Counted from the stretch's first letter, positions 8,942 through 19,094 are shown. The stretch: DNA of 64,000 nucleotides from Gammaproteobacteria bacterium (GCA_965209035.1 OZ242372.1:1280001-1344000), one strand, 5' to 3'. Numbers and translations: made by a program. Notes: generated by a model from the letters alone, not told the origin.

Positions 8942-10423
8942 GTGAGTTCGCCCGGTTCGCCCGGTTTGGCGGGGCTGGCCGAATTGACCGCGCAACTCGG
9001 GCGCGGTGAAATCTCCGCCCGCGCCCTGACGGAAAATTGCTTGGCAGCCGCCAAAAAACTGCAGAAGTCCTGCAACCTCTTTGTGAATATCGCCGGCGAA
9101 GGAGCATTACGGCTGGCGGACGAACAGGACGCCGTCATTCGCGCCGGCAAAGGGGGTGCCCTGACCGGCATTCCCTATGCCATTAAAGACATCTTCTGCA
9201 GCCGCGCAATGCCGACAACCTGCGGTTCCAAGATGCTGCACAATTATGTGTCTCCCTATGACGCCACCGCCCATGCAAAATTGCTGGATGCCGGCGGGAC
9301 CCTCATCGGCAAAACCAATATGGACGAGTTTGCGATGGGCTCTTCCAACGAGCAGAGTCATTACGGTCCCGTTTCCAACCCTTGGGATACGCGGCGTGTG
9401 CCGGGCGGATCTTCCGGCGGCTCGGCGGTGGCGGTTGCAACGGGCTTGGTTCCTTTTGCGTTGGGAACGGATACAGGCGGCTCGGTGCGACAGCCGGCCG
9501 CATTTTGCGGTGTTTGCGGAATTAAGCCCACTTACGGACGGGTATCCCGTCACGGAATGGTGGCATACGCATCCAGCCTGGATCAGGCCGGTGTGTTTGC
9601 CCGCCATGCCGAAGACCTCGCTCCGGTGCTCGCGGCAATTTGCGGCAAGGACGAAAAGGATTCCACCTCGGCCGACAAGTCGGTTCCGGACTGGCCGGCA
9701 CGTATTGCGGCCGGCGAAGATCTCACCGGCATCACGCTGGGAGTGGTGCATGAGTTCACCGAAGGTCTTGACGAGGACATGCGCTCCATCCTGTTGTCGG
9801 CGTTGGATGTTTTGAAGGAGCGCGGCGCCAAGGTTACGGAAGTGCGTCTTTCGCATATTTCCAACGCCACTGCCTGCATTGCCTGCTACTATACTCTGGC
9901 ATTGGCGGAAGCATCTTCCAACCTGGCACGATACGACGGTGTCCGTTACGGCTACCGCGCCGAAAACCCGAAGGACCTGCGCGATCTGTATGTGCGCAGC
10001 CGCAGCGAAGGGTTTGGGGACGAGGTCAAACGCCGCATCCTGCTCGGCACCTATGTGTTAACCGCCGGCTATTACGATGCCTATTACCGCAAGGCGCAGC
10101 AACTGCGGCGTCTGATCCGCGAGGATTTTTTGCGGGCGTTTGAAACTGTGGATCTTCTGGTGGCGCCGGTCACACCCCGCCCGGCTTTCTTAAAGCAGGA
10201 AAAACCGGACTCGGTGGAGATGTATCTGCAGGACATATATACTGTGCCGGCGAACCTTGCCGGCTTGCCCGCCATGTCCGTTCCCGCGGGTTTTGCGGAC
10301 AACTTGCCGGTGGGTATGCAGCTGCTGGCGCCGCATTTTGAAGAAGAGCGACTGCTAAGAGTCGCCTGTGCCTATCAACGAGAGACGGACTGGCACAAAC
10401 GGCTGCCGCAGCTCGCCGCATAA
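8942..10423 (+). CDS. gatA: Asp/Glu-tRNA amidotransferase subunit A
   Basis: Amidase signature GKTNMDEFAMGSS, PGGSSGGSA, GTDTGGSVRQPA; in-frame GTG at 8942 taken as start. Confidence 0.95.
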   Translation: MSSPGSPGLAGLAELTAQLGRGEISARALTENCLAAAKKLQKSCNLFVNIAGEGALRLADEQDAVIRAGKGGALTGIPYAIKDIFCSRAMPTTCGSKMLHNYVSPYDATAHAKLLDAGGTLIGKTNMDEFAMGSSNEQSHYGPVSNPWDTRRVPGGSSGGSAVAVATGLVPFALGTDTGGSVRQPAAFCGVCGIKPTYGRVSRHGMVAYASSLDQAGVFARHAEDLAPVLAAICGKDEKDSTSADKSVPDWPARIAAGEDLTGITLGVVHEFTEGLDEDMRSILLSALDVLKERGAKVTEVRLSHISNATACIACYYTLALAEASSNLARYDGVRYGYRAENPKDLRDLYVRSRSEGFGDEVKRRILLGTYVLTAGYYDAYYRKAQQLRRLIREDFLRAFETVDLLVAPVTPRPAFLKQEKPDSVEMYLQDIYTVPANLAGLPAMSVPAGFADNLPVGMQLLAPHFEEERLLRVACAYQRETDWHKRLPQLAA

Positions 10424-10475
10424 AAACGGCGGGCGGCATAAAAGCGCGAGAGACACGAGAGGCAAAGAGAATAAT

Positions 10476-12002
10476 ATGTCGGATTGGGAGACGGTCATAG
10501 GGTTGGAGGTGCATGTCCAACTTGCCACCAAGAGTAAAATGTTTTCGGCTGCCGCCGTGGCATTCGGTGCCGGGCCGAACACCCGTGCCTGCGCGCTGGA
10601 CCTCGCGCTTCCCGGGACACTGCCTGTTGCAAATACAATGGCGATTCGGATGGCGGTGCGATTCGGGCTGGCAATTTCCGCCCGCATCAATCACACTAAT
10701 CAGTTTGTCCGCAAGAATTACTTTTACCCGGATCTGCCAAAGGGCTATCAGATTTCTCAGTTGGAGTTCCCCATCGTGGAGTGCGGCAGCTTGACGATTC
10801 GCGATGCCGCCGGGGCGGAAAAAGTCATCGGCATCAATCGGGCGCATCTGGAAGAGGATGCCGGCAAGTCATTACACGGTGACTTTCACGGCATGAGCGG
10901 GATTGATTACAACAGGGCGGGCACTCCCTTAATGGAGATCGTTTCCGAACCCGAGTTGTCGTCCGCCGCCGAAGCGGTGGAATATCTCAAGGCGGTCAAT
11001 CGTCTGGTGCGTTATCTCGGCATATCGGACGGCGACATGTCGCAAGGTTCCATGCGCTGCGATGCCAATATCTCCGTCCGCAAAAAAGGGGACAAGACGC
11101 TCGGCACGCGCAGCGAAGTCAAAAATGTGAACTCCTTTCGGTTTGTTGAAAAGGCCATTCACTACGAGGTGCGGCGTCAGTGCGAACGCTTGGAACGCGG
11201 CGAAAGAGTGATTCAAGAAACCCGCCTGTACGACTCCGAGCGAGACGAAACCCGTTCCATGCGCAGCAAAGAGGAAGCCCACGATTACAGATACTTCCCG
11301 GAACCGGATCTTTTGCCGATTCGGCTGAGCGAGGAATTTGTGAAAGAGGTTGGGTTGGAGTTACCCGAGTTGCCGGATGCCAAGCGGGAACGATTCATCG
11401 GCGCATACGGGCTCAAGAATCAAGATGCCGTCACCCTGGCACAGGACAAAGACCTGTCGGATTACTACGAAGCGGCTGCAACACTTTGCGGCAAGCCACT
11501 GCAGGCCGCATCCTGGGTACTGACCGAGTTACTGGGTGCGCTCAATAAGGAAGGACGCCCGGTGCGGGAAAGTCCCGTGTCGGCAAACGAGTTGGGGCAG
11601 TTAATAAAACGCATAGACGATAATACCATTTCGGGCAAGATTGCCAAGGAAATCTTTCGGCAGTTGTGGGTGGGAGAGCAAGGGCAAGAGCAAGGGCAAG
11701 ACAAAGAACAGGACAAAGACAAGGATGCTCAAAAACAAGGAAGCGAGCGGGATATTGACCGGCTGATAGAAACCGCCGGGCTGAAGCAACTGACCGACAA
11801 CGACCAAATTGACAAGGTCATTCGGGAAGTGTTGGACGATAGTCCGCAGCAGTTACAACAGTATTTATCCGGCAAAGACAAACTGTTCGGCTACTTTGTC
11901 GGCCAGGTGATGCGGCGGACGAACGGACGGGCATCGCCCGGCGCGGTCAACGAGCGACTGCGTCATGCCCTGGGGGCCTTAGCGGGCCTTGACGGGTCTT
12001 GA
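10476..12002 (+). CDS. gatB: Asp/Glu-tRNA amidotransferase subunit B
   Basis: WETVIGLEVHVQL, RKNYFYPDLPKGYQISQ, YRYFPEPDL; start moved to ATG 10476; low-complexity EQGQ/DKEQ insert near 11680-11745. Confidence 0.95.
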   Translation: MSDWETVIGLEVHVQLATKSKMFSAAAVAFGAGPNTRACALDLALPGTLPVANTMAIRMAVRFGLAISARINHTNQFVRKNYFYPDLPKGYQISQLEFPIVECGSLTIRDAAGAEKVIGINRAHLEEDAGKSLHGDFHGMSGIDYNRAGTPLMEIVSEPELSSAAEAVEYLKAVNRLVRYLGISDGDMSQGSMRCDANISVRKKGDKTLGTRSEVKNVNSFRFVEKAIHYEVRRQCERLERGERVIQETRLYDSERDETRSMRSKEEAHDYRYFPEPDLLPIRLSEEFVKEVGLELPELPDAKRERFIGAYGLKNQDAVTLAQDKDLSDYYEAAATLCGKPLQAASWVLTELLGALNKEGRPVRESPVSANELGQLIKRIDDNTISGKIAKEIFRQLWVGEQGQEQGQDKEQDKDKDAQKQGSERDIDRLIETAGLKQLTDNDQIDKVIREVLDDSPQQLQQYLSGKDKLFGYFVGQVMRRTNGRASPGAVNERLRHALGALAGLDGS

Positions 12003-12043
12003 CGGGCCTTGACTGAAAGCGCGCGCCATAATAACGGATATAT

Positions 12044-12589
12044 ATGAACAGGTCACGCGACAGGAGTAGCATCGTTTATCCGGGATCCTTTGATCCCGTA
12101 ACACTCGGACACCTGGATCTGCTGCAACGGGCGGTCAAGTTGTTTGACGAGGTCACAGTGGCGATTGCCTACGGCAGAAATAACGGCGACAAACAGCCGA
12201 TGTTCTCCATCACGGAACGCAAACAACTGATGCAAAAAGTCTTACAAGAGAGACAACTGCATAATGCGGTGCGTGTTGAAAGTTTTGACTGTCTTCTCGT
12301 GGACTTTATGCGTAAGAACAACACCCGCTTTCTGTTGCGCGGACTGCGCTCGGTGACAGACTTTGAGTTTGAATTTCAGTTGGCGCGCGCCAATCGCCTG
12401 ATGTATCCGGCAATGGAAACGGTCTTTTTGATGCCGGACGAAGGTCTGTCTTTTATCTCATCCTCGCTGGTGCGAGAAATTGCCGGACTGGGCGGCGACC
12501 TTTCTTTGTTTGTGTTGCCGTGTGTTGCCGAGGCCCTGCAAGACAAGATCGCCGAAAAACGAACTAAAAAGAAAAACCCTCCGGCTTAG
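12044..12589 (+). CDS. coaD: Phosphopantetheine adenylyltransferase
   Basis: YPGSFDPVTLGH, RGLR..DFEFE, ISSSLVREIA. Confidence 0.95.
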   Translation: MNRSRDRSSIVYPGSFDPVTLGHLDLLQRAVKLFDEVTVAIAYGRNNGDKQPMFSITERKQLMQKVLQERQLHNAVRVESFDCLLVDFMRKNNTRFLLRGLRSVTDFEFEFQLARANRLMYPAMETVFLMPDEGLSFISSSLVREIAGLGGDLSLFVLPCVAEALQDKIAEKRTKKKNPPA

Positions 12590-13089
12590 TTTCCCGGCGC
12601 ACCGCCGAGGAGACAAACAGCCCGGGCGATGATGGTTTCGCCCCTGCCAACCGCATCCGCCCCTTCTCCTCTGGTTGCTTTAATATTGACACAGGTCGGA
12701 TCCAATGCAAGCAAGCGGGCAACATTTTGGCGAATACGCGGCTTGAATTCTCCCAACAGAATATGTTCCAGTTGAACGGTGCAGTCCGCATTGATAATAG
12801 TCCAACCGCATTCTGCCAGAAGTTCCCGGCAACGGCCGAGCAGTTCGCCGCTGTCCGCATCCTTCCACTGTGCATCCGTGTCCGGAAAGTGCTCGCCGAT
12901 ATCTCCCAGACCGGCCGCCCCCAGCAAGGCATCGCACAGAGCATGCAGCAGGACATCGCCGTCCGAATGTGCCAGTGCCTGTACTGAACGCGACACCCGG
13001 ACGCCGCCGACCATCAGTCCCCGCCGCTTGTCCGCCGGCACAAGACGATGCACATCATAGCCGTAGCCGACGCGTAAGTTGGGTTGCAT
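12586..13089 (-). CDS. ispF: 2-C-methyl-D-erythritol 2,4-cyclodiphosphate synthase
   Basis: RVGYGYDVH, HSDGDVLLHALCDALLGA, GDIGEHFPD. Confidence 0.95.
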   Translation of the reverse strand: MQPNLRVGYGYDVHRLVPADKRRGLMVGGVRVSRSVQALAHSDGDVLLHALCDALLGAAGLGDIGEHFPDTDAQWKDADSGELLGRCRELLAECGWTIINADCTVQLEHILLGEFKPRIRQNVARLLALDPTCVNIKATRGEGADAVGRGETIIARAVCLLGGAPGN

Positions 13090-13189
13090 TTCGTTTTTAA
13101 TCGTTTGTATTATTCTTAAAATTATAGGAAAGAAGCGGGCGCGGTCTTTTTCTTTTTAAGAGTTGCATCCTCCCGGCAAGGTTTTGGAT

Positions 13190-13272
13190 GCGGGAGTTGG
13201 AATGGCGTGTTCTCACATTAAAAAGCCGGTTTTTACAAAACACGCATATCCCAAACCCCGGCGGGATCGGAC
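13190..13272 (+). repeat. Dispersed intergenic element (relatives at ~17298, 18730, 24642, 25517, 28573, 37457; weaker at ~5522, 28782, 32841)
   Basis: Core aacac/acc..ag(t/c)ccaaa(a/c)ccgg.cggga; 13190-13272 aligns along its whole length with 18730-18812. Confidence 0.7.
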
Positions 13273-13374
13273 ACTTATTTGAGGAATAGCCGCCGAAATA
13301 TGGTATATTATGACTGTTCCTTATTTAAGGAACTATGCACTATGTTATTCACAAACTAATTACAAAAAGAAATT

Positions 13375-14895
13375 ATGAAAATATTTGCAATAAAAACTAT
13401 CAGTAGTAACTGCATTGCATGCATGGCCGCGGTCGGGCAACCGGCACGCAACGCTATCAATCTATTATTGACAATCGTCCTGTCGGTCGTCTTACTCGCC
13501 GCCTGTGGTGGCGGCGGTGGCGGTGGCACCACGATAACGAATCAGGATGCTGCCTGTCCGCGCGGCGATTCCGATCAGCCTGTGGATAGTGATGGCGACG
13601 GTTGTAGCGATCTGGTGGATGTGGACGACGATAATAACGGCCTCATAGAAATCCGCACTTTGGATGACTTGGCGCGGCTGCGCGATGATCTGAATGGCGA
13701 TGGGACAGATGATGGCAATATTGACGAGATCACCTCTGTGGGTGCTGTGGGTTGCCCGAGCTCCGGCTGTAATGGCTACGAGTTGACTCGCGCGTTGAAT
13801 TTCAGCGATGCGGCTTCCTATGCCGCGGGTAGCGATAATAGGACTGTCTGGACCAATCGCAGCGGCCGCGGCTGGGTGCCGATCGGCTTCTGTCCCACAA
13901 GTACTAATTGCACCGCTTATACCGGAACATTTGACGGCGGCGGTCATACCCTTGCCGACCTGTTCATTTCTGCGAATAATAATGTTCGCGGAGTTGGGTT
14001 GTTTGGTGCGTTGACCGGCAGTATCCAAAACTTGCATCTGTTGGACGCAAATGTTCGCGCGAGTTCCCGTAATGTGGGCGGACTGGTCGGCGATGGACGG
14101 GGTGCCATGATTCGCTCGGTGTCCGTATCCGGTGTTACTGTGTCCGCAGGTGGTAATAACGCCGGTAACGCCGGCGGACTGATTGGCGCCGGGCTGGGTG
14201 CTATGATTCACGCTGCGTCCGTATCCGGTGTTAATGTGTCCGCTACCGGTGACAATGTGGGTGGTCTGGCCGGCAGTGGACAGGGTGCTATGATTCGTGC
14301 TGCATTCGTGTCCGATTCTGTTGCTGCGGGTCGTTCAAATGTGGGCGGACTGCTCGGACTCGGGGGAGGTGATGCTGAGATTAGTTATTCTTATGTGGTC
14401 GGTGGCACTGTTTCCGATGCGAATACAGGTTCCGTCGGACCCGCCGGACTCACCGGAACCGGCGGCCTGGTCGGATATGGAGAAGATTCTATGATTCGTT
14501 TTTCTTATACGGCCAGCGGCTCTGTCTCGGGCATGCGTGCCGGTAATATCGGTGGCTTGATCGGCAGCATTGGTTTCCAAGGAGAAACAATGGTCGACGC
14601 CTCCTATTGGAATACGGAGACCACCGGGCAGTTAACCAGTGCAACCAACAGTACCGGTGATGTTCTTGGCATGGGTCTGACCACCGCCCAACTACAAGAT
14701 CCGACAGGCTTCACGGGGGCGGATAATATCTATGCCGCCTGGGGCAACTTCTGGTGTGATCCGGATACGGGCGATGTGATGGAAAGTACCACCGCGCCGG
14801 CATCTTCTTTTGTTCGTGTTTGGGATCTTGGCACAAGTTCGCAATATCCGGCTTTGAACTGCCTTCCTGTCAGTGTGGAACAACAGCGACAGTAA
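13375..14895 (+). CDS. GLUG-repeat surface lipoprotein 1 with TSP3-like Asp-rich motif
   Basis: Lipobox LLAAC plus poly-Gly linker; DSDGDGC; NNGLIEIRTLDDL cap; repeated VGGL(V/A/I)G; C-terminal VWDLG..QYPALNC. Confidence 0.8.
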   Translation: MKIFAIKTISSNCIACMAAVGQPARNAINLLLTIVLSVVLLAACGGGGGGGTTITNQDAACPRGDSDQPVDSDGDGCSDLVDVDDDNNGLIEIRTLDDLARLRDDLNGDGTDDGNIDEITSVGAVGCPSSGCNGYELTRALNFSDAASYAAGSDNRTVWTNRSGRGWVPIGFCPTSTNCTAYTGTFDGGGHTLADLFISANNNVRGVGLFGALTGSIQNLHLLDANVRASSRNVGGLVGDGRGAMIRSVSVSGVTVSAGGNNAGNAGGLIGAGLGAMIHAASVSGVNVSATGDNVGGLAGSGQGAMIRAAFVSDSVAAGRSNVGGLLGLGGGDAEISYSYVVGGTVSDANTGSVGPAGLTGTGGLVGYGEDSMIRFSYTASGSVSGMRAGNIGGLIGSIGFQGETMVDASYWNTETTGQLTSATNSTGDVLGMGLTTAQLQDPTGFTGADNIYAAWGNFWCDPDTGDVMESTTAPASSFVRVWDLGTSSQYPALNCLPVSVEQQRQ

Positions 14896-14916
14896 CACAA
14901 TAACGCAAGGATTACC

Positions 14917-16605
14917 ATGAATGATTTTGAAACTATATTACAAATCCATTACAAAAAAATTATGAACATACTTAAAGAACAAACTATCAGTAGCGACTGC
15001 ATGGCCGCGGCCGAACAAACTGCACGCAGCGGCACAAAGTTATCAATGTTATTCATACCATTATTGACAATCGTCTTGTCGGTTGTCCTACTCGCCGCCT
15101 GTGGTGGCGGAGGCGGTGGTTCCGGCGGTGGCGGTGGGGGACCGGACACGGATGAGGACGGAATTGCGGATTCGGCGGATGCCTGTCCGGACGGCGATAC
15201 GGGCTGGACTTCCGCAGCATCTACGGATCTGGACAGTGACGGTTGTCGCGATGCCGGCGAGGATCTGGACGACAACAATAACGCGCTCATAGAAATCGAC
15301 ACTTTGGATGACTTGGCGCGGCTGCGCGATGATCTGAATGGCGATGGGACAGATGATGGCAATATTGACGAGATTACCTCTGTGGGTTCTGCGGGTTGCC
15401 CGAGTTCCGGCTGTAATGGCTACGAATTGACCCGCGCGTTGAATTTCAGCGATGCGGCTTCCTATGCCGCGGGTAGCGGTCAGATGGCTGCCTGGACCAA
15501 TCGCAGCGGCAATGGCTGGGTGCCGATCGGCTTCTGTCCCACAAGTACTAATTGCACCGCTTATACCGGAACATTTGACGGCGGCGGTCATACCCTTGCC
15601 AACCTGTTCATTTCTGCGAATAATAATGTTCGCGGAGTTGGGTTGTTTGGTGCGTTAACCGGCAGTATCCAAAACCTGCATCTGCTGGATGCAAATGTTC
15701 GCGCGAGTGACGATAGTGTGGGTCTGCTGGCAGGCTTTGGCGAGAATGCCCGTTACGAGGATCTGTCGGTAGTTGGCGGCAGTGTGAATGTTTCGAGTCA
15801 ATTTGCTGGCCTGGTGGGCGCTCTGGTCGGCGATGGACAGGGTGCTATGATTCGCTCGGTGTCCGTATCCGGTGTTAATGTTTTCTCAGGTAGTAATGAC
15901 GTCGGCGGCCTGGTCGGCATTGGACGGGGTGCTATGATTCACGCTGTGTCCGTGTCCGGTGTTACTGTGTCCGCTGCCGGTAACAATGCGGGTGGCCTGG
16001 CCGGCAGTGGAAATAATGCTATGATTCGTGCTGCGTTTGTGTCCGATACTGTTGTTGCGGGTCGTTCAAATGTGGGCGGACTGACCGGCTCCGGGGAAAA
16101 TGCTGAGATTAGTTATTCTTATGTGATCGGTGGCACTGTTTCCGATGCGGATACATCTGGCTTCGGAAGCGCCGGAACCGGCGGCCTGGTCGGTTTCGGG
16201 GAAGATACTAATATTCGTTTTTCTTATACGGCCGGCGGCTCTGTCTCGGGCATGCGTGCCGGTAATATCGGTGGCTTGATCGGCAGCATTGGTTTCCAAG
16301 GAGAAACAATGGTCGACGCCTCCTATTGGAATACGGAGACCACCGGGCAGTTAACCAGTGCAACTAGCAATGCCGGTGATGATCTCGGCATGGGTCTGAC
16401 CACCGTCCAACTGCGATCTCCGACCGGCTTCACAGGGATCTATGCCGCCTGGGGCAACTTCTGGTGTGATCCGGATACGGGCGATGTGATGGAAAGTACC
16501 ACCGCGCCGGCATCTTCTTTTGTTCGTGTTTGGGATCTTGGCACAAGTTCCCAATATCCGGCTTTGAACTGCCTTCCTGTCAGTGTGGAACAACAGCGAC
16601 AGTAA
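14917..16605 (+). CDS. GLUG-repeat surface lipoprotein 2
   Basis: Paralog of 13375-14895 with near-identical cap regions; exact start uncertain (14917 or ~14962). Confidence 0.8.
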   Translation: MNDFETILQIHYKKIMNILKEQTISSDCMAAAEQTARSGTKLSMLFIPLLTIVLSVVLLAACGGGGGGSGGGGGGPDTDEDGIADSADACPDGDTGWTSAASTDLDSDGCRDAGEDLDDNNNALIEIDTLDDLARLRDDLNGDGTDDGNIDEITSVGSAGCPSSGCNGYELTRALNFSDAASYAAGSGQMAAWTNRSGNGWVPIGFCPTSTNCTAYTGTFDGGGHTLANLFISANNNVRGVGLFGALTGSIQNLHLLDANVRASDDSVGLLAGFGENARYEDLSVVGGSVNVSSQFAGLVGALVGDGQGAMIRSVSVSGVNVFSGSNDVGGLVGIGRGAMIHAVSVSGVTVSAAGNNAGGLAGSGNNAMIRAAFVSDTVVAGRSNVGGLTGSGENAEISYSYVIGGTVSDADTSGFGSAGTGGLVGFGEDTNIRFSYTAGGSVSGMRAGNIGGLIGSIGFQGETMVDASYWNTETTGQLTSATSNAGDDLGMGLTTVQLRSPTGFTGIYAAWGNFWCDPDTGDVMESTTAPASSFVRVWDLGTSSQYPALNCLPVSVEQQRQ

Positions 16606-16811
16606 GCAATAACCCGTATTTTCCGTTAGAGCAAAGCAATCCGTCCGGGCGGTCGGTAAACCCGCCGCCCCGGCACTTCGGTGTCATCTAATCTAACTAA
16701 TCTGCCTAACTAACTAACCCGCCCGGGGCTTCGGCAACCGAACCATGATGGGGCGGTTCGAGATGATACCAAGCCAGTCAGTCAACTATATCGTAAACGC
16801 ATTCCTTTCAT

Positions 16812-17237
16812 TTGAAATTGATCGCTGCACCCGTACATAACATTGTCTCGGAAGCGGAGGATCTCGCCAAGATGACAAAAGTATATGGAGTGGAGTTACA
16901 CCTGTCCTACGGCGAGGAATTATTTCAATTATTAAATCACACGGCCGCGTGGACTCAAATCTTAAAATATTTGAAAAAGCGGAAAACGGAAATACCCGAT
17001 TTTCCGGAAACTAATTTTGACCCGGATGCCGAAAGTTCTTTTGAAGAAATAAAAGACTTGTCGCCGAGTATTTACAGACAAATTTTTGAAGACGATGCGA
17101 TTTTTGAAGAGATTATTTTGACGCTTTTCCCGAAAAAAAGACCTTACAACTCTTGCTGCATCATTTTCAATCCAAAGCATCGGCGCAAGTCATCTATCGA
17201 ACAATTGCCGACTTATTGCAAAGTAAGTTATCAATGA
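16812..17237 (+). pseudogene. C-terminal remnant of a probable type II restriction endonuclease, frameshifted near 17130
   Basis: YGVELHLSYGEELF...PDFPETNFD...SFEEIKDL resembles (from recall, unverified) HpyAIV-family C-termini; protein-like sequence continues in another frame (KKTLQLLLHHFQSK); no convincing N-terminus. Confidence 0.45.
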
Positions 17238-17496
17238 CACCCGAACGCACACGGCGAGCGTTACTCCCGCGTGCAACGCCAAACTTGTTGGCTGACCGGT
17301 CTGGTATCATCGCGAAAGCCCGCACTATGTTCACAAACAACTCTCGTCAATCCGGTTCTCAACCGAAGAGTCCAAACCCGGCGGGACCGAACATCTGCCA
17401 ATTCTCATCCCAAATAGTTCGTATAATACTTACTTATAAGTGATGAATAAAAGAGACGAACTTCAAAAAACATTCCAGAAACATTAAAGAGCATTA

Positions 17497-18624
17497 ATGG
17501 TTACAAACATCCGGCATAATCCTCCGACAGATCCGGGCGATGCCTATAAAACCAGATCCTACTTGTCGGCAATTGAAAGTGCCGGGTTTCTGGGAATTTC
17601 AGTAAGTGAGCTGCATCGCATGACCAAAACTGGAGAGGTTCCCGCTCGCAGGTCCGCGGGCGGTCAGTACAGGTACCGATTGAGTGATCTGCAATCTCTG
17701 CAATGCGGGCAACCACCTGAACGGCAACTTTCCGCGAAAGCCTCGCCGCCCGCGCCAAAGCCCGATCCACAGGCTGTCCGTGGCGATGAATTCGCTTGCG
17801 GCCCGACCGTGCAAAAAATCATTTGCGGCAATTCTATGCGGATGGATGTGCTTGAGGATCAATCCGTTCACTTGATCGTCACCTCGCCGCCCTACTTCAA
17901 TGCCAAGATGTACTCGGCAAACAATATTGAGAACGATCTGGGCAACATCCATGATCTGGACGAATGGTTTGAAAACATCAAGTGCGTTTGGCAAGAATGC
18001 CTGCGCGTGCTGCAACCCGGCCGCAAAATTTTCGTTAATATTATGAATCTCCCCATCCGTTATGACAAGACCTTTCGCTGTCTCAACTTGGCGGGCAAAA
18101 CTATTGACCTAATGGAAAGCGTCGGCTTTATCTTTAAGCGGGACATCATCTGGCACAAAACCAACGGCGTCCGCGCGCACTTCGGCACCTATCCTTATCC
18201 CGGCGGCATACTCATCAACAATATGCACGAGTTTATTTTGGAGTTTGACAAGCCGGCTGCATCCGGCACGCGCAAGTATGGGCATCTGTCAGCCGAGCAG
18301 AAAGAACAGTCCAAGTTGGATAAAGAGTTCTGGCTGAGTCTGAAGAATTCGGACATCTGGTTAATGAAACCGCAACAAAGCGGGGACGGGCGCAGCCATG
18401 TCGCCCCCTTTCCGTCCGAACTTCCGTACAGATTAATCAAGGCATATAGTTATGTCTCTGAAACCGTTCTGGATCCCTTCGCCGGTTCTTGCACCGGCTT
18501 GTTGGCCGCCGCCGACCTGAGACGCAATGGCATCGGTTACGAAATCAACCCGGAGATCCTGAAAGCCGCGACGGAACGCTTCAAGAATTATCAAATGAAG
18601 TTGGTGAATCATGACGGATCATAA
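17497..18624 (+). CDS. Beta-class N4/N6 DNA methyltransferase with N-terminal excisionase-like HTH
   Basis: TSPPY (motif IV) precedes VLDPFAGS (motif I); N-terminal YLSAIESAGFLGIS...RSAGGQYRY is HTH_17-like. Confidence 0.88.
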   Translation: MVTNIRHNPPTDPGDAYKTRSYLSAIESAGFLGISVSELHRMTKTGEVPARRSAGGQYRYRLSDLQSLQCGQPPERQLSAKASPPAPKPDPQAVRGDEFACGPTVQKIICGNSMRMDVLEDQSVHLIVTSPPYFNAKMYSANNIENDLGNIHDLDEWFENIKCVWQECLRVLQPGRKIFVNIMNLPIRYDKTFRCLNLAGKTIDLMESVGFIFKRDIIWHKTNGVRAHFGTYPYPGGILINNMHEFILEFDKPAASGTRKYGHLSAEQKEQSKLDKEFWLSLKNSDIWLMKPQQSGDGRSHVAPFPSELPYRLIKAYSYVSETVLDPFAGSCTGLLAAADLRRNGIGYEINPEILKAATERFKNYQMKLVNHDGS

Positions 18625-18718
18625 AACTGTTTATGCTCAGTCTAGTGACATTAAGTCTCGTACTTTCTTGGAGTACCGAAAGGATATGAAGCACAAAGCG
18701 ATTATTAAGGGCTTTTGA
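18611..18718 (+). pseudogene. 35-aa stub overlapping the MTase stop, possibly the truncated cognate partner gene
   Basis: MTDHKTVYAQSSDIKSRTFLEYRKDMKHKAIIKGF*; ends just before the dispersed element at 18730. Confidence 0.4.
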
Positions 18719-19094
18719 AAAGTGTTCCGGCGGAGTTTGGTGTGGTGCGTGCTCATATCAAAGAACCGGTTTTTATAAAACACGCAGAGCCTAAAACCGG
18801 ATGGATGAGACAGAGGCATGATCTTTGCCGGGTACTCTTTATAATAAAACAAAAAGCAATGGCGAATTGATTTTCGCGATTGCCGGGCGAGGCGGGGAAT
18901 AGGAAGAGGAAGAGGAATAGGAAGAGAAAAGGGAGTAAAAGAGAAAAGGGAGTAAAAGAGAAAAGAGAAGTAAAGGAAATCGGGTTGCAGATACTTGTAA
19001 CAAAGGGACTTTCTCTTCCCCGCCCCGCCGATAATTATTTTTTGAAACCGATTATTAATTTAATGAAAGTTTAACTGTTATAAATTGAACGAAC

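Noticed and set aside
16620-16760. GC-rich hairpins after lipoprotein 2 as REP or attC sites
   Set aside because: Single occurrence in the window; no clear attC R-box pair or T-tail.
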